A stretch of 64,000 bases of DNA from Octopus vulgaris (GCA_951406725.2 OX597829.1:46748001-46812000); one strand, 5' to 3'; positions 27,833 through 41,712 are shown, numbered from the stretch's first letter. Program-made: numbers and translations. The notes: generated by a model not told the origin, from the sequence alone.

Positions 27833-27840
<8 letters not shown>
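26998..27840. mobile_element. Inverted-repeat hammerhead element
   Basis: Near-identical arms 27076-27309 and 27608-27840; internal hairpin 27307-27410; (TA)n on both sides. Confidence 0.8.
27599..27650 (+). ncRNA. Type I hammerhead ribozyme, intact core
   Basis: UGAG-CUGAUGA-uAGAagu GUC guuuu GAC uaaUCUu-GAAAC-GUAC-GUU-CUCA. Confidence 0.8.
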
Positions 27841-28421
<581 letters not shown>

Positions 28422-28737
28422 TTGTTTGTATGTATGTATCAAGGGTTGAACAGAAAGAATTATAAGGAGAAAAGTTAGAAGACACAAGTAGACATGCGCC
28501 ATAGATTCATTCCACCTACACTCACATGCATGCACTCAAATTTCTTGCTTTATGTGTATACGTCATATAATATGTAATATAATATTTAAGTTATCCACGA
28601 ATGAGGAAGAGTCACCCTGTGAAAAGATATTAGAGGGTGCAGGATAATTTCCTTGTGAAAATGTATATATTCCCTAGATTCTAACACTGGGTTTTCCACC
28701 TTTTGTTTACCCACGATACACCCAGGAGCAGGTAGAA

Positions 28738-29115
28738 TATTCTTTTCTAATCAAGCCACAAGGTCCGAAATTTTTGGAGAGGAGTTCAGTCGATTAGATC
28801 GACTCCAGTACGCAACTGGTACTTAAGTTATCGATTCTGAAAGGATGAAAAGCAAAGTCGACTTCGGCGGAATTTGAATTCAGAATGTAGCGGCAGACGA
28901 AATACCTATTCCTTTACTACCCACAAGGGGCTAAACACAGAGAGGAAAAACAAGGACAGATAAAGGGATTAAGTCGATTACATCGACCCCAGTGCATAAT
29001 TCGTACTTAATTTATCGACCCCGAAAGGATGAAAGGCAAAGTCGACCTCGGCGGAATTTGAGCTCAGAACGTAACGGCAGACGAAATAACGCTAAGCATT
29101 TCGCCCGGCGTGCTT
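28738..29115 (-). mobile_element. SINE family B tandem pair
   Basis: Two successive aaaggatgaaa.gcaaagtcgac.tcggcggaatttga blocks. Confidence 0.85.
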
Positions 29116-30160
29116 AACGAGCACGTAAAAATATTGCAATACACTGGTTTAAAAATCGTAAATTACTTTAAAAATGTAAAATTTTAAATTTTATAATGTT
29201 ACAAATCTATACAGTAATGAGTGTACTTTACTGTAGTATCCAGTCACGCAGACTGATTATTGGGAAACATCTGTCTTATTTATTTATTTATATTTTTTTT
29301 ACTATTACTATTACTCCAACGTTTGGACTTATGTTTAATAAGCATAGCCTCATTTCTTCGTCGATGCAGCGGAGTCTCAATCCCTTCTTACTTTTGATTT
29401 TTTTTTGCAGAGTTGATAATCTTATTTCACACAAATACGAATTAGAAAATAGTAACAAAACCAATAGGTATTTACAAGTTACTTTGGGATATTCCTTTAA
29501 AATTGAAATTCAAAAGGTAACAAAAGGTATTTCTGAGTACTTCATTTTAAACCGGTGATCACTGAAAACCACATCCAACTCCTTTTCTTTGCATATCTGA
29601 AACCTAATATTAGATGGATTATTTAAGAAAGTATTTCGTTTCCAAGCTTGCATTTCTATATTCAATATCGAAAAGCTTAGTCAATCCTTTTCTTCCAGCG
29701 TCGTCAAATGATTAACCAAAAATGGAATTATTTCTTAGATGAGATGATGTTTATACACATTATAAGAAAGTATAGCTTATTTATCTGTTGAAGCGAGTAT
29801 ATTTTAGTTTCTTCTTCATATATTACTGTTCCCAACATTGAGTATATATCTCTGTGAAATATTCCAACTTACACATCTGTAGCTTACAATGAAGACATTT
29901 ACAGTGTTATTAATATATTTTCTATTTTTTTATCAAACATGCTGTTTATTCTTCTAGAATGCGAGCTAGTAATTTTCTTTTGGAAAGCCATCCGACTTCT
30001 GTATGCACAAGTAATCGAAAATACTGAGAATCTATTCCTTTACATAGTTTTATCAAATATTCTTGACTCGAAAGTTTTACTTCATATGTGATTGACTGTT
30101 TCAATTATTTGCTTTAACATGTGTGATAGCATATCAACTGTCCTAAACAGTATTTCGTCT

Positions 30161-30395
30161 GAAGGCTGTGAGCTGGCAGAAACGTTAGCACGCCGGGCGA
30201 AATGCGTAGCCGTATTTCGTCTGCGGCTACGTTCTGAGTTCAAATTCCGCCGAGGTCGACTTTGCCTTTCATCCATTCGGAGTCGATTAAATAAGTACCA
30301 GTTACGCACTGGGTGTCGATGTAATCGACTTAATCCGTTTGTCTGTCCTTGTTTGTCCCCTCTGTGTTTAGCCCCTTGTGGGTAGTAAAGAAACA
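30161..30395 (+). mobile_element. SINE family B full copy
   Basis: gagctggcagaaacgttagcacgccgggcg...gccccttgtgggtagtaaagaa. Confidence 0.9.
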
Positions 30396-32936
30396 AGTAT
30401 AAAGGCGTATGCACACTTTTAGTGAAGAAACCAGTGCGGTGTATGCAGGCGCTTTGTGAAGAGAGTTGTAGAGGTCGTTGAGAAGAGATAATGTTTGCTA
30501 AGTGCTGTTTCTGATTTATATTTGTATTGTTATAACCATGTTATAAATCCACATTATTAAGTGGGAAATACAGGGAGTTCAAAGAAGGACATAACAGTGT
30601 CGACGAGACACAACACATTTGTTTCTTCTTGCAATATTTTATTAAACTAGAATCTCTCTATTTTCAAAAAAAAAAAAAAAAAAAAAGAAAAATGATTATG
30701 AACGTGATTTGAATATATTTTGCTACGAGCGTCACAAAATCCTTTAATACAGGTGGCGGTACGTGATTCACCATCAGCACAAATGCCAATACATGAGGTT
30801 CAAGTTAAATTAATTTGTTAATATATCCAGTTAAAACATCAAAAGTATTTTGACCTTTTGTCGTTGTCGGCATTTCTTTTACAATATAAAAACTTATTGA
30901 TTATTTCATCTTTATTAATAAAATAAATATATGCAACCAATTGAACATTGCTATTGATATCAAGTAATTCATCAAGTATTAATGAAAATTTAGATTCATT
31001 ATTTATTTCTGGGCATTTTTCAATACCTTCAGATAAATCTAAAATTCTACTTCGAATTGCATCCTTTGTGAATGAAACTTTGTTAATATCTTCTTCGGCT
31101 TTTTCTCTCTCAACACGATGCTAACTATCTTTTTACTAACTGGTAGGATATTTGACTCAGGTAATGTATGAGACTCGGTTTTTATTGCTGTTATTTCATC
31201 TACCTCACTTGAAAAGATCTGGGCACTTTCAGACATGGTCGTTATTTTCTTAAACGTATTACGTTGCCGCGATCATTGTCCTAAGAATCTTTGAAAGTAA
31301 TTGAGATTTTTATCTCGTTGATGCGAAATTTAAGCAATAAAATGGCTTTTTAATCTGCTTAATACCATAGATTCATCGAAAATTTATTCACCACAAAGTT
31401 TACATAATAAACTTGGCTGATGATAATCGTTTGCCATCGAGGAAAATTCGAACTTCATACAAACATCGCTATACTCTCTATTATTGTGAACTTCCGCATT
31501 TTTTTCTTTGCTCTGGAGTTTGTGGTCTTTGATGAATACTCACTTCTAAACTCACATCTATCATTTTTCTTTAAATAAATTTATCCACTGAAAAGAAGTC
31601 AAGCATTAAACAGATCCAAATGATAAGAAGCACTTTCGTTAACTTGTTTTGATTCTTTTATGGAAACAAAATGAATATCGTGATTTCTGGCAGTAATTGT
31701 TCGCACATTTTGTTCATTATCTTATAAGCAATATAATTTAATATAATTTATTAATGATATAATAATAATAATAATAATGTTCATAAAGTAATTGTTTCCC
31801 AAGCTCTGCTTTTCTTCCGAGTGAAACTAAATGAAAAATAGGCACTCACTGACGATATTCATCAGATCTTAATTATAATTAATTCAAAAAGTATTTCATT
31901 TTTATTCTTGCATAATGTACAAGTCAAAATTCAGCAAAAGCTGCACGGTCTATAGACACCTTATCTTTAACTAATATGTTCTGGAAGTCGAAGAATATTC
32001 CACCGTATTCTGATTCACTAGGGATCAACTTTGCGTTCTCTAACTGCCCGCAGTAAGATCCAAAGATGCTAAAGAACCAAAATTTCACATCAGCATCAGT
32101 TTAATTGGTTTATGATTCTTACATAGCTTTTGACCATATATTTCAAGAGAAGCCTTCTGGGCAGACCTGATGCATACTTGTCCTTTTTTTAATCTAGCGT
32201 CTGCAATCGGTCTCCTACTTCCAGTGAGAAACTCCCTCCTACCAATCAGTCAAGGCTCCCTACTACTTTCTCTAACACATCTTTTAAGAGCATAAATAAA
32301 TCATTCCTGTTCATTGAAAGTCAGAGTTATACCACATTTCTTTGTACCCACAACTGGATAAAATCTTCGAGCAAGGAGGCACTCGCTCTTGTAACAAATC
32401 TTGCCCATATATATTCCCTATTTTACATTTTCCTAGAATCGGAGCACGTCTAACAACTATTACAAAAGTTACATGGCTGGTGATGATGGTGATGATGATG
32501 CTGCCGTTATTTTCCAAACTGTTTATTCTCTGTTATCCATTTAAGTTAATGTTTCTGTCATTATTTGGGAGGTAGGTGTTCTTATAAAGCAATTAATTTT
32601 TGTTCTTGAATTTCGGTCTGTTTACTTGCTGTAATATCATTTACCTTTTAAATTTTGTTTTTCACTTATGAATATCTGTTCTAAACGATTAAATTTTCCC
32701 TTTTTTTTTTATTGCTGCACGCATTTTTCTTAAACTCAGAACGAAAGTACAATAGACATCTTAACCAAAAAACACACTTAAAAAACAAACAATGTAAAAG
32801 AAAAAGCTATAAGATATGAAACAGCGACGATGAAAAAAGTTGAAGGCTAAATCTACGTATCTTTCTCAGATAATGCAATGAAATTCATTTCCTTGTTGGG
32901 ACCCTATGGAATGTGTTCCTTCGTGTCAACGTAACA

Positions 32937-32998
<62 letters not shown>

Positions 32999-33448
32999 TG
33001 ATGATAATAATACAGCAAATATTCTGCTCAATACCACAGATTTGCTTGTCAGTTGTTTGGCCATAACTAGTTGAGCATGTCCATTAGTGTTTGACGATAT
33101 ATTCATCTCTGATCACGAGCAGAAATAGTGGGAGAGCATTATAGCCATGTGTTGAGTGTAATTCTTTGGGGCTTGGAAACATGGGTGTTTTGTTCATCAT
33201 CCTTAAACAACCTTTATTCAGGGACATTTTCAGCGGGATGGGCTACTCCACCTGAAGAAAATTCTAACTGGCTCCACCTGCAAGGTGATGAACTGTTTAT
33301 CTTGATATGAGATCCCCATGTCGCGCACATATGGTTGTGATGCATGTGACTGGTGTACCCTTATCAGACGGGTAGTCATTATGGGTATACTGGGCTTTGT
33401 GTATTTTACCCCAGTGTCATTTTGATGGCATGAACTGCTCTTTCACTC

Positions 33449-33490
<42 letters not shown>

Positions 33491-33493
<3 letters not shown>

Positions 33494-35215
33494 CACTATT
33501 AAAGACAGTTCAACACTATTAAAGACAGTTAAACACTATTAAAGACAGTTCAACACTATTAAAGACAGTTAAACACTATTAAAGACAGTTCATGGATTTA
33601 CCACACTATTAAAGACAGTTCATGGATTTACCAAAGAAATAGATATGAAATTTGGATTAGAAAAATGCGCCAAAGTAACCATGAAAAGAGGAAAACTAGT
33701 TAAGAGTAACAACATCACACCAGATAAAACCAATGAAATAAAAGAATTAGACCAAAGCCAAACTTACAAATACTTAGGAATCCATGAACTAGATAAGACA
33801 CAACACACACAAATGAAAGAGAAAATAAAAAAAGAATATTATAGACGAGTTAGATCAATACTAAAAACAAAGCTCAATGCTAAAAACAAGATAATAGGTA
33901 TCAACACTTTAGCTGTCCCAGTTATAAGTTACAGCTACAATATCCTTAACTGGACACGAAATGAACTGTCCAAAATAGATAGGAAAACAAGAAAAATACT
34001 GACAGGATCTAGGATGCATCACCCAAAATCTGACATAGAAAGACTATATATACAACGTATAGAAGGTGATAGAGGCCTTATACAGCTGGAAAACTACTAT
34101 AAAATAACCACCATAGGACTGCAAAAATACCTACTTCAGAAGGAAGGAAAACTGATCCAGATAGCAGCAAAGCACGAGCAAAACAAAAAACTGTTCTCAG
34201 TATTTAAGGAAGCTGACAAATACAAACAAGAAATCATACCACCTAATAAACACAAAGAAGAAGAAGAAGAAGAAGAAGATGAAGAAACAACAAAAGCTAT
34301 GAAACAAATGAAATCCAAACTAAAAATAGAACAGCAACGAGCCATGATAAAACGATGGCAAGAAAAGCCCCTTCATGGTAAATACTGCACTAAACTAAAC
34401 GCAAAAGAAATAGACAAAGAAAAATCCCAGCAATGGTTGAGAAGCTCAGGACTCAAAGCAGAAACAGAGGGATTTTTAATTGCAGCACAAGACCAAAGCC
34501 TCCCCACCAGAAATTACCAAAAACATGTAATGAAAAGAAATATTACAAGTAACTGCAGAATATGTGGAGATGGACAAGAAACAATAAATCATATTATCTC
34601 TAGCTGCCCAGTCCTGGCTAAGAAGGAATATATTCACAGACATGACAGAGTTGGAACCTACATACATTGGAAGCTATGCCAACATTATGGAATAACAACA
34701 GAAAAAAGATGGTATAGGCACACACCAGAAAAGGTCACAGAAAACGAGAAAGCAACCATACTCTGGGATATGCCGATACACATAGATAGAGAAATTAAGG
34801 CCAACAGACCAGATATAGTTGTCAGAGATCATGAAGAAAAAAAATGCTTTTTAATTGATGTATCAATACCGGCTGATGACAACGTGTCTCTAAAAGAAAT
34901 GGAGAAACTCTCAAAATACAAAGACCTGGAAATAGAGATAACTAGAATGTGGAACCTGAAAACAGAAACAATTCCTATCATAGTAGGTGCATTAGGCATG
35001 ATAAAAAAATATTCAGACAAATACATAACAAAAACACCAGGACTTACAAACACATATAACATACAGAAAATTGCACTACTAGGCACTGCACACATCCTAC
35101 GCAGAACATTTTCCATACAATAACCATCAGAACATCACAAAAAATCACAGCACATACCCAAGGCACACAGAGCTGCGCTCGGTAGTGAAGTGAAAGCACG
35201 CTATAAAAATAATAA
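33491..35215 (+). mobile_element. 5'-truncated RLE-type non-LTR retrotransposon (R4/Dong clade) inserted in (AAT)n
   Basis: Flanked by (AAT)n at 33449-33490 and 35221-35300; ORF with RT C-terminus, CCHC knuckle and restriction-like endonuclease; ~90-nt 3' UTR. Dong elements are known to target TAA repeats. Confidence 0.9.
33645..35123 (+). CDS. Partial retrotransposon ORF, 492 aa: RT thumb/C-terminus, zinc knuckle, RLE endonuclease; YxDD motif lost by truncation
   Basis: MKFGLEKC...YKYLG; CRICGDGQETINHIISSC; RHDRV; NRPDIV..D.....FLIDVSIP; KLSKYKDL; IPIIVGALG. Confidence 0.9.
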   Translation: MKFGLEKCAKVTMKRGKLVKSNNITPDKTNEIKELDQSQTYKYLGIHELDKTQHTQMKEKIKKEYYRRVRSILKTKLNAKNKIIGINTLAVPVISYSYNILNWTRNELSKIDRKTRKILTGSRMHHPKSDIERLYIQRIEGDRGLIQLENYYKITTIGLQKYLLQKEGKLIQIAAKHEQNKKLFSVFKEADKYKQEIIPPNKHKEEEEEEEDEETTKAMKQMKSKLKIEQQRAMIKRWQEKPLHGKYCTKLNAKEIDKEKSQQWLRSSGLKAETEGFLIAAQDQSLPTRNYQKHVMKRNITSNCRICGDGQETINHIISSCPVLAKKEYIHRHDRVGTYIHWKLCQHYGITTEKRWYRHTPEKVTENEKATILWDMPIHIDREIKANRPDIVVRDHEEKKCFLIDVSIPADDNVSLKEMEKLSKYKDLEIEITRMWNLKTETIPIIVGALGMIKKYSDKYITKTPGLTNTYNIQKIALLGTAHILRRTFSIQ

Positions 35216-35217
35216 TA

Positions 35218-35282
<65 letters not shown>

Positions 35283-36154
35283 CAACAATAATAATAATAA
35301 TGTTTTCTACTAAATGCACAAGGCCTGATATTTATGGGGAGGGGACTAGTCGATTACATCAACCCCATTCATTGGTACTTAATTTATCGACCCCGAATTG
35401 ATGAAAGGTAAAGTGGACCCCGGCGGAATTTGAACTCAGAACGTAGCGATATTTCAGCATTTCGCCCGGCGAAATAACTCCAAATAACTGTAGGCTGGTA
35501 AATTAACATGGGGGTAAAAGAAAAGCGGCTACATGACGCCTTTGATGAGTATCCGTTATCGTCCATGAAACAACAAAGAGAGAAAATTGCAAACAACCAA
35601 TAGAAATTGTTGAAGGATACATTCATAAGGAATACAATAACTCAGTAAAATGTTATTACATTTTGCTTTATACAAGTAATGCACTGTAAGTGTTCTTAGA
35701 AATGGTCGATTAGCAACAAAGTGAGTACAAATGAAGTAGTCAACTGACAGATTCTATCCTTTATACACACAATTAAAAGATACGCAGATATACACAGAGA
35801 GAAATTCACAAAGAGCATTTGATGTATTGTTTAGTTAAAGGACAGGAAGCGAATCCTTAGGTTGAAATTCATACATAGAAAGTACGACGGATTAAGAAAG
35901 CAATTCTGCTTAGAAAATTAGTTTTGAAAATTCGGTTTAAGAATATGCAAATCTTGAAGACAGAGAAAAACTATACTACAAGACCATTAAGATTATATGA
36001 GATAGAGAACGATAATATGAAGACTAGAACAAACTTGGAATAAAAGCATTATGAGTAACGACTGCTAATGAATTAAACAGGCAGCTAAAGAGACTAATCA
36101 ACGATGAGAAGTAATGCTACACTAATGCTATAAATAAACATCAGTAAAGAACTG

Positions 36155-36270
36155 GGTACGGTACGTGGTAAGAGATTTGCTCCCCAGCCACGTTGTTCTA
36201 TGTTCAGTCCCATGCGGGGCTCCCTCGGCGGGTGACTTCGATCAAAGCCTTGTAACTGAAAGAAGCCCGT

Positions 36271-36314
<44 letters not shown>

Positions 36315-36780
36315 CGGGATCACCATGACCGACCAGGCTATCAGACGTTGCTACACATCGCTGGTCACAATGCGCTTCGCATTGTTTTAGCCTTCAAATG
36401 ATGCCACACCGCTGGCCAACAGAAGGAAAAGTGAGAGAAAGTTGTGGCGAAAGAGTACAGCAGGGATCGCCACCACCCTCTGCCAGAGCCACGTGGAGCT
36501 TTTAGGTGTTTTCACTCAATAAACACTCACAACGCCCAGTCTGGGAATCGAAACCGCGATCCCACTTGTGTCTTTGTGTCTGCATGTTCTCCTCACCACT
36601 TCTTGATAACCAGTGTTGGTGTGTTTAGATCCTCGTAATGTAACTGTTTGGCTTAAGAGACTGATAGAATAACTTCCAGGCTTTGAAGAATTAAATACTG
36701 GATGCGATTTTCTCGACTAAAAATTCTTCAAGGCAGTGCCTCTGCCTGGTCGCAATCTAATGACTGAAACAAGTTGAAAG
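36155..36780 (+). mobile_element. Old family A-like SINE with a family C fragment (36311-36562, minus) nested in its internal microsatellite
   Basis: Diverged head gtggtaagagatttgctccc...gaaagaagcccgtc and tail aatgactgaaacaag; the insert matches 6977-7245. Confidence 0.7.
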
Positions 36781-37385
36781 TACGTATTTTATTTATAATT
36801 AAACATATTTCCATGCAAAATATATGATAGTAAGGTAGCTGTCTCAGTTTTAAGTAGTAGTAATAACAGATTCTATCGACTGACGTTAGGTATATTAACA
36901 AGTAAAATATCTGTATTTGGAATGTACCAACCAAAATATGACACAAAATATATGTATCAGATAGCAGTACAGATTAGTATGAACCATCTGCAACTGAAAA
37001 AACTATTATGAAACATCTACTGTAGTGCTTCAAAAATATTTAATAAAGAAAATGGTTATAATTAATGTAAATATACAACAAGACGAAGAAAACGTTTCTC
37101 GCGTGAAAGAAACTAATAGAGGTTGTGATATGAAGGAGGAAATGAAACAGAAATGATCAAGAATAATTTAATTAATTGATTAAACTAAATTGCAAGCGCT
37201 GACGAAAAAATATCCGACATATTGAAAAGAAGGAATATCCTCTCTACGTGGACTATACGTTTCATGATTGAAGAATTAAAAAGTGAATAGCGAAAATTTT
37301 CAGTGGGTATTGAAAAACATAGTGTTCTGAGGTGAAGAGAAGGATATTTAGCACACGGCAAAATCCTTCCCACTGTGTAATACCA

Positions 37386-37682
37386 AATTAATAATGAAGG
37401 TACTACTTGTAGCACCATCATGCTAAAGATAGCAGTCAAATCGACTCAAAACCACAGTTTTCACTTGTACACAAGGGCGAAATCGAGGGAACGGGCAGTA
37501 GAATTTTAAGACCCCACCCCACCGTGCCATAGACGAAAAGAATCGAAAGATTTTAATTAAAGTTTTACTGCTCGTTCCCTACATTTTGCCCTTGTGTACA
37601 AATGAAAACTGTGGTTTTGAGTCGTTTTAACTGCTATCTTTAGTATGCTGGTCCTACAAATAGAACCCTTCACTGTTAATTG
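37386..37682. repeat. Imperfect inverted repeat, ~125-bp arms with ~48-nt spacer
   Basis: cgactcaaaaccacagttttca.ttgtacacaagggc versus gcccttgtgtacaa.tgaaaactgtggttttgagtcg. Confidence 0.9.
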
Positions 37683-38561
37683 ATAATTTTGCCATTATGG
37701 TTCTTTCACGCATGCTAGCCACTAGATATTGTAAAACAGGATATTCCATATACAGAAAAGTACCTCAGCATTAATTAAGAAATGTCAACTGAAAGTTTAA
37801 AAACGTACACCAGAAAAAGGCTTAGGGAAGAAGCAAATGACCAAAATCATGCAGTACATACATAAACACGCACGCATGTATATAAATTCATACAAGCATT
37901 ACATATATACACACGAATGCACGAATGTACAACGTAACAGGGCTGCGCGCCAAATATTGTTGTGTGCATTAGAAAGAACAATGTCGCATCATAATCGACT
38001 TGCTTATTCCTACGCATGATAATGTCCCCCCAGATGCATTTCTCCTAATAATAGCAACCTTGAAAGTGATGAAAATGAATATGACAAATACATAACCAAA
38101 CCTCCGAGATGAATGCATTTAATACAACATACATAATATAGCAAGGTCTATTAAGCATTCCACACATTAAATAGAGCACTTTTAGTACAATGGGAAGACA
38201 CGTAAACAAAAGCAAAGTATTGAATGCGCCCCAGGCACACAGAGACATGCTGTATTGTACTGTGAGTGCACGTTATAACAAATATGACAACTGATTTAAT
38301 AGCCACGTCCATAACTAACAATATTCGCTATGTTCCATTCCATTGCGGTCTAACGTTAACAATTGATTTATAATTTAACCTCGGGTGACCAGTGCTTCGT
38401 GAATACAATTAATTATTTGATGGTAACCATGGCACCACGTTCCGCGTACCTGTGTGTTTATATATGTGTGCATATTTGTGTGTGTGTATGAGTACGTGTG
38501 TGTGTTCGTAAGTGTGTATGTATACATACACACCTCATACAAACGCACATATTTTTACCTA

Positions 38562-40031
38562 TAAAGGGGTTGGACAAAATAATGGAAACAACTTAAAATT
38601 TCAAACAAATTTATTGTAATATGGGGCAGGACCGCCTTTGGCACTAATTGCAGCTTGAATTCTATGATATATGGTCTCGTACAAAGTTTGAATTTTTGTC
38701 CATTATTCTGCTAAAACAGTCTCCAGTTCTTGATGGTGGTAGAAAATATCGTCTCCTTACTTGATTTTCTAAAATACACCATAAATATTCAATAATATTG
38801 AGATCTGGGGACTGCGGTGGCCAGATAAGATGTTCAACTTTACTAGAATGCTCCTCGTACTATTCAGTAACAACTTTAGCTGTTTGAATTGGTGCATTAT
38901 CATCCTGAAAGATTGCGCTTCCTCCCGGAAACAGTTCTGCAAACATAGGTTGAATTTGGTCAGATAAAATGCTTAAATAGTCTTGACTATTAATTCTGGA
39001 AACCATAGGGCCGGCGGATTTCCAAGTTATAGCCCCCCCCCCCCCGATCATCACAGATCCTCTTCCATGTTTAACAGTTGGAAGAAGGCAGTGTGGGTCA
39101 AATGCTTCTTTTGATGGTCTCCACATATATACTCGACCAGTGGTCGCAAATAAGGTAAAGAATGGCTCGTCCAAGAAAATAACATTCTTCCACTGCTCTA
39201 GGGACAAATTCTGCAGGTTTTTACTCCACTTTAAACGCTTTGCAACGTTTGTTTTTGAAAGTAGTCGTTTTCTGATTGCAGCCCTCCCGTAAAATCCGGA
39301 TTTGTGCAGCTCCCAGCGAACAGCTTTTATGGAAACTGGGGTCACGAGGTAGTAATTAAGCTCTACAGAAATTTTGGGAGCTGTTCTTTTGTGATCCTTT
39401 CTAACAATTCACGTAAGAGCCCGATGGTCTCTATCTGAAAGTTTTGGTTTTCTACAGGAGTTTTGTTTCGAGGAGGAGTTTTTTCCCTCTTTCTCAAAGG
39501 CTGTCATTACTTTTGAGGCAGCACTTCCTGATACACCAAACTTCTTGTTTAGTGTATCAAATACGAGCACCAACAATTTGACCTCTTTGAAAGTCCGATT
39601 TATCTGCCATTTTAATGAATTTTAATTACCTTTTCTGATGAAATCTGAAACGAAACAGCAATTCTAGCAAAACATATTTTTTCCAAAGGAATGTTTGTCC
39701 ATTCTTCAGCTAAAACAGTTTCCAGTTCTTGTAGTGATGGTGGTGGAGGATATCGACTCCTTATTTGTTTTTCTAAAATGCACCATAAATATTCAATAAT
39801 ATTGAGATCTAGGGACTGTGGTGGCCAGATAAGATGTTCAACTTCGCTAGAATGCTCCTTGTGCCATTCAGTAACAACTTTAGCAGTGTGAATTGGTGCA
39901 TTATCATATTAAGCAATACTAATAATAAATAATAAAAAAACATAAAAATATACAAGCTTTTGACGGCTTTATAGATATTTCAAAATTATGATTCTATGAT
40001 GCTAGGTGTTTCCATTATTTTGTCCAATGTA
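38562..40031 (-). mobile_element. Tc1-family DNA transposon, decayed
   Basis: TIR core ttggacaaaataatggaaaca at both ends with TA flanks; transposase remnants inside. Confidence 0.9.
38700..39610 (-). pseudogene. Tc1 DDE transposase pseudogene
   Basis: WKNVIFLDE, PTVKHGRGSVM, IFQDDNAP, PPQSPDLNIIEYLW; interrupted by stops and frameshifts. Confidence 0.85.
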
Positions 40032-41712
40032 TATGTGTGTATATGTCTATACATGTATGTATGCATGTATGTATGTATGTTTAATCTGTGTGCATATGTG
40101 AGTGTGTATTTGTTATGCTGGTATAAAATTTTGCGTCATGTTGTCTCAAAATATAAACTGTCCTCATTGACAAATAGCAGCCATACAATAAGTTTCTAAA
40201 TGAGTGACATTGATCTGATCGACTAAAACGTCTTGGATCATGTGCTCCAGCATGACCGCACTCAAATACCTGAAGCAGTTAAGAATAATAAAATAATAAA
40301 ATATTTCCTATCATTGATATGATTCTGATAATGTCGTTCTTCGAGATTAATGCGATGAAGAAATGAAGAGAAAAGATAGTGGGTTTATACTGTTGTTGAT
40401 ATGGTAATTTTTCTCCTTTAAATGATAGATCGATTTTTTTTTGTTTTATTTTGTTTTGGGTTGTTTTTTTTTTGTTTTCGAAAAGGGGTTATAGGAAATC
40501 GAAGCAACAGTACCATATTACTGGTACTTATTTCATTGATTCTAAGGAAACTATATGTGACGTTGCTTTTGGCATGTCTCGAAAGCTAAATCCGATCATT
40601 GAGAGACGAAGCGTAATACAAGACATTTAAATCAAACTTTATCTCTCTCTAAGATAACAGCATTAGAAATAACAACAGGAATTCAATGAAATGAGATAAA
40701 ATGAAAAATACAACGAAAATTTTATGTGAAAATGTATTTTCCGCATGTTTGAATCGATAGCTGAGGAAGGTCAGCCATATTTGTTTTAATATGTAAATTT
40801 ATGTTGAATATGAATGTGACCTGATTCTTTCAATAACGGCGGATTTAAAGAATTACTGTCAGAATTTTAATGACTTCTCCTGAAAATAAGTTAAAGATGA
40901 ACACGTCTAGATAAACGAAAAAGAAATATTGAATATAAAATACTTGTGAATAATTAAATTAGTATGCTTGTTTTGTATGAAAATACTTCGTATATTTTAT
41001 GCATTTATGAAGATTCCTCTATGATATTTTATTGAAATCAGAAAATTCATAAAACGTAAACTTCAGTTCCACTCCTCCGATCTCCAGGTGATAATAATGA
41101 ATAGAATATAAGACGGATGTTTCATAGAGATACAGCGTAAATATTTCTAGGAGTTTTAATGAAATAATATTATCGAGGCAAAGCTCTTTTTATGGTCATG
41201 AAGGCAACGTTGTACACAAAATAAATATATTAATATGGATAAATATGCAAAAGAAAGGGAAGAAATGGGTTTGTGGCGATTGTAGATGAGAAGAAAACAG
41301 AAAAAATAGGAAAAGATACGAAAGATTATTTTTCGATGTGGATTTTGAACAATTAAAGCTGTAATAATACAGAGTCGTAAATGGAAGCATTAATAAAAGA
41401 TGATGTGTAGATACATGACAGTTAGAAGAACCACTCTTGTAGAATTAGAAATACTGACAATTGCGGGAAACACGTAATTTTCGTAAAGAACTGATGGCAA
41501 GATGTAAACTGCGATTACACGGTTCGGTTAAGACGCGCAGGAAGCATAACTCACAAATGTGAAACGCATATATTAAGGCCTTGCGCATGGTAAATTGAGT
41601 ATAGTAGAATACAAGTGAGAATATTGTGGTTAAAAGAACATTTATTCCCAGGAGGTCAAAGAAGCAAATGGTAGAGAAAAGGACTAGGAATAAAATTACA
41701 AAGAAAATATAT

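Noticed and set aside
30700-32560. Coding-looking minus-strand stretch, including ORFs 31039-31236 and 32311-32517
   Set aside because: Frequent stops, no recognisable domain and no consistent splice sites; possibly a decayed transposon but unsupported.
33491-33630. Short direct-repeat array superficially like a CRISPR
   Set aside because: No unique spacers, eukaryotic context, and the unit is retrotransposon coding sequence.
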